In this document: positions 21,001 through 28,400 of the stretch, piece by piece
How positions within the stretch are numbered: position 1 is the first letter of the stretch
Layout of the letters: every line of letters starts with the position of its first letter
Assembly: GCA_964404695.1 (NCBI GenBank)
Contig: CAYOKY010000001.1
Coordinates: 1-35,982 of the forward strand
DNA from: Candidatus Micrarchaeota archaeon
GTDB taxonomy: Archaea > Micrarchaeota > Micrarchaeia > Anstonellales > JAGGVH01
Length of the DNA: 35,982 nucleotides
Direction of reading: 5' to 3'
The notes under the pieces: model-generated
What the model was told of the DNA's origin: nothing
What the model saw: only the letters and a program-made list of their open reading frames with translations
Databases searched by the model: none
Translations under genes and position numbers: made by a program

Positions 21001-23205
21001 TATGACAAAGAAGTGCTTGCAAAAGAGCAGGACATTAAGAAGGAATTTACAGCAGTTTTGGATGGAAAAGTAAGTAGTTTAGATTCAGACCATAAAAATG
21101 CAGTTATGTCAAAAGCGTTTAAGTATGTAGCACTGGAAATGAACGAAAAGAGAAATCAGGATAACCGATTATTGTATGGGATTGGCAGAAAATTAAGGAC
21201 TGTCCCAGGGATTGCAATTACTATTGCAGTTGGAATAGCAGGTGTTGCACTTGCTCCTGTTTCTGTTGGCGCTTCAGTTGGGTTGCTTAGTGTTTATGCA
21301 CTTGCAAGAGGAGTATCAACTTATATGGGTGTTAACGGTATCATGACTGCTGTCCATAGGGGAATAAGACAAAAAACAGGCGACGTAACCAAAAGGTTGG
21401 GCGCGTCTATCATGTATGGTGTTGATAACAAAGGCGTTAATCAAAACATTGGAAAAAACGTGTCCCTTGTAACTGGCGCAATAAACAGTGCTGTTGAAGA
21501 TGTAGTTGATAAAACAGTGGATGCTGTTGGAGATGCAGTTGATAAAACATCGGGCGTTGTTGGAGATGCAGTTGATAAAACAGTGGATGTTGTTGAAGAC
21601 ACTGCAATTAACGTTGAAAACATTGTTAATGGAATTACTGATTACGCAACCAAGTTTAGAAATTATAAGATCATCAGGCATAGTGTTGGTGCAGTTGCCG
21701 GAATTGCAGCAATATTTTCCGCAAATACATCAGCGAATAATGTCTTTGATTATGCTAAGGATGTAATTGAAAAAGGCCCGATCCAGGCTACAAAAGATGT
21801 AATCGTTGAGGGAGTCCACAACTGGTCATTATTCTTTAAGAAGATGTTTGGCAAAGCAGAAGTTCCCTCAGTTGCTAACGCGGACAGTTTAATTGTTAAT
21901 GATTCAATACATCAAGGCAATATAATTGCTGTATCTAAAGAAGGTTTAGATGTAGCTTCAAAGGGAAGTTTAGATGTAGCTCCAAAGGGAAGTTTAGATG
22001 TAGCTCCAAAGGGAAGTTTAGATGTAGTTCCAAAGGGAAGTTTAGATGTAGCTTCAAATGGAAGTTTAGATGTAGCTTCAAATGGAAGTTTGGGTGTAGT
22101 GTCAGATACTCCTGGAATAGTGCCTAACGAAACTATAACTCCTAGTTCATCTAATGATTCCTTACTTGCACGGGCAAAGGAGTCTTTAATGCAAAAGTTC
22201 TTCCCAGATTCCGATGCATCAGTTGGGAATGTCAATGATATAATTATTTCAGGGGATCCAGTTGTTGCACCTAATTCAGTTGTTGTATCTACTCCAGTTG
22301 TTACACCTACTCCAGTTCCAGTTGTTGCACCTAATTCAGTTGTTGTATCTACTCCAGTTGTTGCACCTACTCCAGTTCCAGTTGTTGCACCTGTTGATAC
22401 TCCTCTTACAAATGTTCCAACTAGCGCAGATTCAGTTACACAGGTACAGACCAGTATGTTAAAAAAAGTGTTTGATAAACCTGCCCCTGGTTCTACAGTT
22501 GTTACAGGTGACTTAGGATTGTCGCAGATAGTTTTGGGTGACTCTCCTTTAGGTGATTCTGCAAATATTTTGGATACAACTGGATTGACAGGTGCACAAT
22601 TAGGTGATACATTATCTGATTCAAGTTTAGTTACAGGTTCAATTGATACACTGCATACTGATACTATTACAAACATTGATTCAGGTTCATTTGTGAGTGA
22701 TGTTGATACCATTATCCCTGCTGATACTATTGCAGGCCTTGATAGTCCTACACCTTTAGACACTACTATTCCTGTGAAGGGAGCAGTTGATGTGTTTAAT
22801 GGAGATAGTGGTGTTGTAAATGTTGTTATGCCTACTGCTACGGCTCAAGTGCTAGAATTTACTGCACATGAAGGCGATGGCATTTGGGATTTATCAGATC
22901 GTGCTTTGAAGTTCCATTTTGGTGAAGCTTACACCAATCTTTCTGCTGGCGACCAAAACCTTTTGACTGACCGTCTTAAAGATGTGTTTGTTGACAATCC
23001 TGGGCTAATTGGCCTGGATACTACTGAAATTTATACTTCTCCAAATCTGGATGGGATAGGTCTTAGGTTACATGCAGTTGCAGAAAAACTTGTGGACAAA
23101 GAAATGATTGACCAGGCGCTTGGTATATTCAAAAATAAGCTTGGTAATACTGCAAAAGTTGCAGGTAATCTTTCCAAGGTAACCAAGGTAAAGATGGGCG
23201 CTTAA
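18070..23205 (+). CDS. Giant (1711 aa) multi-domain membrane protein: MORN-variant/YwqK-like repeats, long helical region, internal TM helices, repeat-rich C-terminal half
   Basis: Uninterrupted 5.1-kb ORF with its own SD, promoter-like box and flanking T-tracts. No N-terminal signal peptide. About 23-aa Y..(N/D)G...Y repeats lie at roughly 18200-18800. The middle is K/E-rich helical. A P/V-rich spacer lies at roughly 19930-20110. Hydrophobic helices lie at roughly 21200-21345 and 21679-21725. Tandem peptide repeats follow downstream. Confidence 0.85.
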   Translation: MARNDGDPPNDESGNSSEVTDRRFDEEQQLWIIRTYSDETKSRITKTVFFNPDNVKTGMREMYSDDRTKYTHYYNDGSIRTETIYSAEGKERYFDDGILESRINYSNNGKKYVMHEYYPGGNDKTDIHYHDDETVSSITNYNPAGKKQSSIRYNEEGKKTSEDGYYPDGTRQIETFYNDDETVNFINYFYPNGKKSKYVSYHNGESLSSETEYNEQEEKIQVINYYDDRSKSVENYEYTSEMTITTTTMFNTDDEQIKMEVETRKNDDNFIGELIAKRVYDKGVLTYNFVTGLDTGSVSTEFYYKPDSNVPSFVKRFDDLNGNVRKLQFDVREENNNFFNNFFINENNIQYAYYHNKQGKLNNIVIRTYKQVEGSEKPVVVKYEDINMSSGKKTTQEYNDDGTNKGRKLKEKLTAEAINDFKQNLYSVYEEVKPELEAFADNLFIITSKKVDVSILSYEAHNKETEIFVAEQKRKETVKVNNTELKRLGNELAEIVAKRTWEDYPNLVNKIKEIKKIAEIGVENNSKPAKKILKKLDWILFAIDEHEQMAGDVTSIPKNKLRADIVSAVEKIPTYIDKVVTKSEDTRTTGEKLMQFMKQPRTFRKRKPVDTFEEVNKEVNEEVVLPVGDAVVAAVVGAVPVEAPVDTVSDPIAEVVEPVDKTPVEPTKPSDKTPIIIAVPETDIELASILSAEDGLEKYDLLQQWVERKYLLATTLNDVERKLNETLRLNDANYADLLLENLNDTKQMLDSEDASIFEDRIKDLIKSVNGKKEKELSSSNATDLFNYEIKLFDDLVGSIRKSKIENAENILLYFKGQIETIYNDINDLGAYTEEKVDGKEKVEKIAEVYIDQTKLDKLSTVVIKTCGLINNMHLNSKSVKGYQKLIDNILQCKISLNDLPPTNTNGIKKETLKMVNLLKTAAGEKKIKPVKPKKEKNKNAEKAEKLEVEVVFNSNEFEVFSKFADLLVAKEKLKKSKYDKEVLAKEQDIKKEFTAVLDGKVSSLDSDHKNAVMSKAFKYVALEMNEKRNQDNRLLYGIGRKLRTVPGIAITIAVGIAGVALAPVSVGASVGLLSVYALARGVSTYMGVNGIMTAVHRGIRQKTGDVTKRLGASIMYGVDNKGVNQNIGKNVSLVTGAINSAVEDVVDKTVDAVGDAVDKTSGVVGDAVDKTVDVVEDTAINVENIVNGITDYATKFRNYKIIRHSVGAVAGIAAIFSANTSANNVFDYAKDVIEKGPIQATKDVIVEGVHNWSLFFKKMFGKAEVPSVANADSLIVNDSIHQGNIIAVSKEGLDVASKGSLDVAPKGSLDVAPKGSLDVVPKGSLDVASNGSLDVASNGSLGVVSDTPGIVPNETITPSSSNDSLLARAKESLMQKFFPDSDASVGNVNDIIISGDPVVAPNSVVVSTPVVTPTPVPVVAPNSVVVSTPVVAPTPVPVVAPVDTPLTNVPTSADSVTQVQTSMLKKVFDKPAPGSTVVTGDLGLSQIVLGDSPLGDSANILDTTGLTGAQLGDTLSDSSLVTGSIDTLHTDTITNIDSGSFVSDVDTIIPADTIAGLDSPTPLDTTIPVKGAVDVFNGDSGVVNVVMPTATAQVLEFTAHEGDGIWDLSDRALKFHFGEAYTNLSAGDQNLLTDRLKDVFVDNPGLIGLDTTEIYTSPNLDGIGLRLHAVAEKLVDKEMIDQALGIFKNKLGNTAKVAGNLSKVTKVKMGA
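21493..21600 (+). repeat. 33-bp in-frame tandem repeat x3.3 (peptide V[EG]DxVDKTxxx)
   Basis: 21493-21525, 21526-21558 and 21559-21591 share GTTGGAGATGCAGTTGATAAAACA cores. Confidence 0.8.
21937..22104 (+). repeat. 24-bp in-frame tandem repeat x7 (peptide [KN]GSLDVA[SP])
   Basis: Seven consecutive 24-nt units, with AAGGGAAGTTTAGATGTAGCTCCA as the core. Copies 2 and 3 are identical; the others differ by 1-5 nt. Confidence 0.95.
22261..22393 (+). repeat. 60-bp in-frame tandem repeat x2.2 (peptide VVAPNSVVVSTPVV[TA]PTPVP)
   Basis: 22261-22320 and 22321-22380 differ at a single base (ACA/GCA). A 13-nt partial third copy follows. Confidence 0.95.
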
Positions 23206-23284
23206 TTTTTTCTTTTTTATTTATTGTTATTTACTTTTATTTACTTTATCCTTATTTTTATCTTCTATGTTTCATTTAGTTTTT

Positions 23285-23332
23285 ATTTTATTTTCTATTT
23301 TATTTTCTATTTTATTTTCTATTTTATTTTCT
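23285..23332. repeat. 12-bp tandem repeat ATTTTATTTTCT x4 in a T-rich spacer
   Basis: Four perfect copies, with degenerate T-rich copies on both sides (23206-23400). It probably also acts as an oligo-T terminator region for the giant gene. Confidence 0.9.
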
Positions 23333-23434
23333 ATTTTTCATTTTATTTTGTTCAATTTATTTTTTTACTTATTTCTGTTTATTGGTTTTTGTCTTTCCGC
23401 AATCAATAAAAACTAATGTAACTATTTATTTATT

Positions 23435-24250
23435 ATGCAAAAGAAGAAATCAATGGGTCAGATTTTCGCAACTGATAATTTGGCAAATCTTATAATTAAA
23501 TATATTACTTCTAAAGTTGACATTAAAGATAGTACAATAATTGAAATCGGTCCCGGGGATGGTAAACTTACAGAAAAATTATTGGAATGCCATCCAAAGA
23601 AACTCATTGCAATTGAAAAGGATTTTGAATATTCACAGTTTGTTAAGAACCGGTTCATAACTAATAACAATTTTGAAAGTATTAATGAGGACGTTTTGGA
23701 ATTTGCTCCAGAACAGGAAAAAATCAAAGTTGATTATGTTATTGGGAACTTGCCTTATAATCTATCTTCATCAATTTTGGAGCATGTTAGAGATTGGGAA
23801 TTTGATTCTGCTTTTTTTATGTTGCAAAAAGAATTTGCACAGCGTATGGTTGCAACACCTGGCAACAATTTTTCCAGGTTGTCTGCTATGACACAATACT
23901 TTTTTGATGTTAAACTTTTGAAAGTTGTATCACACAAGATGTTTATACCAAGACCAAAAGTTGATTCAGCTCTTGTTTATTTGAAAAAGGTTAATGCTAA
24001 GAGTTTAACTGAACAAGAGGAAATTTGTATTAGGAAATTGTATGTTCACCGTAAACAAAAACTGAAGAACGCGATTCAACATAGTTTTAAGGAATTGGAT
24101 AATGAGAGTTTAAAGGAATCTGATAAGATTTTACAACATCTTAATGAAAAATATACGGATGAATTGAACAGTAAACTGTTTTTATTATCTGGGTCTAAGG
24201 TTATTAATATCTGTAAAGAAATTTGTTCAATAATAGATTTGCAAGATTAA
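23435..24250 (+). CDS. ksgA: 16S rRNA (adenine1518/1519-N6) dimethyltransferase KsgA/RsmA/Dim1
   Basis: MGQIFATDN (GQ.F motif), IIEIGPGDGKLT (SAM-binding G-x-G), VIGNLPYNLSS and PRPKVDSALV. Confidence 0.9.
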   Translation: MQKKKSMGQIFATDNLANLIIKYITSKVDIKDSTIIEIGPGDGKLTEKLLECHPKKLIAIEKDFEYSQFVKNRFITNNNFESINEDVLEFAPEQEKIKVDYVIGNLPYNLSSSILEHVRDWEFDSAFFMLQKEFAQRMVATPGNNFSRLSAMTQYFFDVKLLKVVSHKMFIPRPKVDSALVYLKKVNAKSLTEQEEICIRKLYVHRKQKLKNAIQHSFKELDNESLKESDKILQHLNEKYTDELNSKLFLLSGSKVINICKEICSIIDLQD

Positions 24251-24307
24251 ATAGATTTACAAGATTGAATTGATTTACAAGAGTAAATAGATTTGCAAGA
24301 TAGTTAG
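24233..24307 (+). repeat. 18-bp tandem repeat x4 echoing the KsgA 3' end, each copy ending in an in-frame stop
   Basis: ATAGATTTGCAAGATTAA / ATAGATTTACAAGATTGA / ATTGATTTACAAGAGTAA / ATAGATTTGCAAGATAGT+TAG. Confidence 0.95.
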
Positions 24308-24340
24308 TTACTGGATTGATTAGCAGTAATAATTGATTTT

Positions 24341-24379
24341 ATTTGGCTTTAATATTTGGCTTTAATATTTGGCTTTAAT
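24341..24379. repeat. 13-bp tandem repeat ATTTGGCTTTAAT x3
   Basis: Three perfect copies at 24341-24353, 24354-24366 and 24367-24379. Confidence 0.95.
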
Positions 24380-24495
24380 AGTAATGTACTTTATAGGAGG
24401 GTGTGTATTGGTTTGACCAGATTATGACACAATACTTATAAAGGCTTTGTATTGTATTGTATGGTAGAATGTCATTCTAAAATGGAGGTAATTTC

Positions 24496-25371
24496 ATGAA
24501 ATCTAACCGTGGAAATAAAAGTACTATTTGTGGTGAGCAAACAGGTTCATCTGATACTAATTCAAATTTACATAAAACAAATTTAACTAATTTTTCTGGA
24601 CGGAAGTCTATCCGTGCATTTCATGGGCGTGCAATTAAACCTGTTGTTGCAGTTGTAGTTGCTACTATTATCGGCGCTTGTGTGTTAATTTTATCTGCAT
24701 GTTCAAAGTCAATGGGTCCAAAAGAACCTGCTGACAACGGCGTAACATTGAATGTATCTCCTGACACTGTAAAAGTTCCAAGTGCATTTGTTTTAAATAG
24801 TTTAGTTACAAATCCTGATGGTCGTATACAATTGGATGACCGACAACTTTTAGTTATATTATCACAAGGTGGGCATGCAATTGCTGAGACAACCTTGGTG
24901 CCAGATTCTACAAACACAATTATTTTAAAACCAGAGATTGTTGGTAATGGCGATATTAAATGTCGTGTTGCATTGTCTAATATTTATGAGGGCGTTTTTG
25001 AAGCTGAAGATTCAGCAACTATTGTGAACGAAACTGGCGGATGGACATTAAAACCTATTTCACATGTATCCGAAGGGTTCGTTGATACTGTTATGATTCA
25101 TGTTGCTGACAGCACAGTAGACAGCACAGCACTTGAGACAGTAACTTTGACTGTTGTTGGAATGGATGATGACAATGTTCGTTTCAAGATTACAAGTATT
25201 GATTTTGAGGGCAATGAACATATCTTGAATGATGTTATAATTTCACAGGATGAAGCAAGGTTTGAAGCTGTACCTGTTGCAGGCCCGTTCTCTGATGGAA
25301 GGACTTTATACATTTTAGGGCCGGTAATTAATCTTGATGGAACGACATCTTTTCAAGTTGTTTTATTTTAA
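24496..25371 (+). CDS. Putative surface lipoprotein or membrane-anchored beta-rich protein
   Basis: Polar N-terminus, hydrophobic helix VVAVVVATIIGACVLILSAC with lipobox-like L-S-A-C, then a beta-rich domain. SD GGAGGT lies 7 nt upstream. It is the first gene of a co-directional trio. Confidence 0.6.
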   Translation: MKSNRGNKSTICGEQTGSSDTNSNLHKTNLTNFSGRKSIRAFHGRAIKPVVAVVVATIIGACVLILSACSKSMGPKEPADNGVTLNVSPDTVKVPSAFVLNSLVTNPDGRIQLDDRQLLVILSQGGHAIAETTLVPDSTNTIILKPEIVGNGDIKCRVALSNIYEGVFEAEDSATIVNETGGWTLKPISHVSEGFVDTVMIHVADSTVDSTALETVTLTVVGMDDDNVRFKITSIDFEGNEHILNDVIISQDEARFEAVPVAGPFSDGRTLYILGPVINLDGTTSFQVVLF

Positions 25372-25411
25372 ATAATTAAAATTCAGAAATGATGATTAAG
25401 AGGGATTATGT

Positions 25412-28400
25412 ATGATATATAAAAATGTAAATTTACCAAATCTGTTGCCAATCTTCCTGATTGGGGTTTTAGTATTAGGTATCGGCATGTTAAACTTGGC
25501 AGTTGTGCCTATGCAACCGTTTAACGAAAAGATTACTGCGAAAGCTGATGTTGGCGATACTGTTAGTATTCATGATTATATAAAAACTTCAGACGATTCT
25601 GAAGACGACAGTGATATTGATTACAGTCCCCAGATAAATAAGCCTGTAGCTGTAGCAATAAACCCTCATACGCTTATTAAGAATGATTATTCAAAATATT
25701 CTTACAAACCGACAGATTCTGTGCCTAAACCTGTTACCTCTACCGGTACAGTTATCAAGCCACAGTTTTCCGTTGATAAAGATGCTTATCCTGTTAAGGT
25801 TCCTGCAATTGTTTCCCCAGTTGATTTGAATGATACTGAATGTTCTGAAGAGCCGGAAATTAATGTACATATTGCTCCAAGTTATGTTCAGGCAGGTGAA
25901 GATTTTTATGTTTACATTTATGTTCATAATTCCAACCCTCTGGATTGTGAACCTATTGAATATTCATACTCTTTGGATTTACCATCCAGATGGAGTTATG
26001 AAACTGAATCGTCCTCTTCAAATGTTATTGTGTCTTCTGGTTTAACGTCCACTATAATTGCCAGAGTTACACCTGAAAATATTTCTGGGAATTATGATTT
26101 TGATTTAATTGTTGAATATGATGGTGAAGAATACACTGATGAATTAACAGTTACTATTGATACTCGTGAACTTTCAGATATTGATTTACAACCTGATCAT
26201 GTTGACGTTTTAATCGGCGAAGAAATTAATTTTGAAGTTATCGGTTACGATTCATTTGGTAATCTGATAAACATTACTTCTGACATTTGCGAATGGGAAA
26301 CTACAACTGGCGATATTGATAACGGTGTTTTAACTGTTAACGAGTTTGTTAATGGTGAAGTTACAGTTAACTGCAGTGGTCATTCTGATGTTTCAACAGT
26401 TAATGTTACAGGTTGTTTAAGTTATGAACCTACTATTACTGTTAATGCTCCGATTATTGTACCTCAACTTGAAACTTTTGTAATTAATGTTACTATATAT
26501 AATAATGATAATGTATTGTGCGGTTGCACTAACTATTCAATTGACACAAGCCATGAATGGCATAGTTTGATTGGTGATGATCATGTTACTTTGGAAATAT
26601 GTCCAAACGAAACTGCTGATTTGACTTTAGAGTTTACTGCACCTTTGGAATCTGGCGAATATGATTACATTATCAACGTTTCAAATGTTGATGACAATTC
26701 AATTTATACTGATTATTCAAACACTTTGGTTGTAAGCAGTTCACCTGAATTATTCTTGACTGCATCAGATAATGATGTTTATTCTGGTGAATATGTTGAT
26801 TTGTATTACATTTTACAGGATTATGAAGGTAATATGTATGAAGGCGATACTGTTGAATGGACTGTTCTTAACGGTACAGTTGACGGTGATGTTTACATTC
26901 CCTCAGAATATAGTTGCAATGATACAGTTACACTTAATATTACAAAGAATGGTTTTGAATATATTAAACAAGTTAACATTAGTGTTACTAAAATTGACCG
27001 TGTTGAAATTATGCCTGCAAACACAACAGTTGGTGCTGGCAGTGTTATAGGTTATATATACAGGTTATACAGTGATTTGGATGAAGTAATTATTCCTGAA
27101 GATGATTGGTTTGCAATGTTTGATTCTCCTGCCGGTAGATTTAGTGGCAGTCAATTAAGAGCAGAAAACTTAGGTGAACATTATGTTCATGTTATGTTCT
27201 GTGCAAACGATCTTAGACCTTTGGAATTGAGAAGGGCAATGCCTGGTAGTGAATCAATGCCAATTTGCAATGGTAGGATTATTGATGGTTATACTAATGT
27301 AATAGTTAGTACTGGTACTATTGCAACTTTAAGAATTGAACCAAACACTGCGGACGTAGGTCCTGACGGTGAATTGTTTACTGCTTACGGTACCAACAGT
27401 ATGGGTGTTGAAGTTATATTCGTTGCAGACTGGACAGTTGCAGATCCTTATGTTGTCTTTACAACTCCCAATTCTACTATCAATGCAACAGCTTTAGGGT
27501 TTGAAGGCCCAACAGTTTTGACTGCTGATGTAGGTGGTGTTACAGCTGACGCTAATATTAATGTTGACGGTTTAGCTCCAAGGATTGATTATCTTAATCC
27601 TACTCCTGAAGAAGGTTTGATATATGCAAACCCAATAACTTTCAACGTTAGTGTTGATGATGCAAACCTTGTAAATGTTTATTTTGTTGTTGACGGCGTT
27701 GAATACGATGCAACTGTTGTCAGTGGTTATTCAAGTTACAGTTTAGACCTTACAAGTGGCATACATGAGTTAATAGTTTATGCAGTTGACTCGTTTGGCA
27801 ACAGGGCAGAATTGCCTGCAAAAGTGTTTGCAGTAATTGGTGATTCTCTCACTACAATTGTTGAAGATCCTGTTAATGAATCTTATATAACAACTACTGA
27901 AACTGTAAATTTTGTTATTGAAGATTTGAATGGATTAAATGAAATGAATTATTATGTTGATGGTATTTTGACAACTGAGCCGTTGATGGGCAATGACTAT
28001 GAATTGAACATAACTTTGGACACTGTTGGTGACCACGTTATTGAAATAACAGTCTTGGATGAATTGGGCATTTCAACAACATTTGTTTACATTTACCATG
28101 TTGAGCTTGCACCTGTCATTATTTTAGATGAACCTTTGGATGGTAGGTTATTGTTTGATGATACTGTTGGCATGGTTTCAGATGACATAGTTTTCAATGT
28201 TTATGATTCTGATGGTGACATTTTAGGAATCCCACAATATTCTTTTGATAATGTTACATGGTACTATTTCATGGGCATGACTGCTCCAGAATTCTGGCAG
28301 TTGCAAGGTTCAGACCTTGACCCAGTTTCACCTGGTGATGTTATAACTATTTACGTAAGCGCACAGGATGATGATCATCACTGGACTTATGAATCATTTG

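Noticed and set aside
19791-22763. Long antisense ORFs inside the 1711-aa gene (19791-20213, 21316-21681, 21912-22763 minus; 21506-21766, 22262-22462 plus)
   Set aside because: They mirror the repeat and low-complexity regions of the sense ORF and lack start signals. The 5.1-kb sense frame is uninterrupted and has an SD and promoter.
22840-23205. LysM domain at the C-terminus of the 1711-aa protein
   Set aside because: FTAHEGDGIWDLSDRAL loosely recalls the LysM Y.V..GD.LW.IA start, but the remaining consensus is not evident by eye. I leave it as a question for HMM or structure search.
23224-23409. 61-aa plus-strand ORF (FYFIFYFIFYF...)
   Set aside because: It is a translation of the T-rich 12-bp tandem repeat between the giant gene and ksgA. 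It has no SD and extreme low complexity.
17921-23434. Giant gene as part of a mobile element or genomic island
   Set aside because: No integrase, transposase or tRNA attachment site is present, and there are no flanking direct or inverted repeats. The flanks are just T-rich terminator and promoter spacers.
6596-24379. CRISPR array
   Set aside because: The repeats are only 9-24 bp, directly abutting with no spacers, and each locus has a different unit. No cas genes are present.
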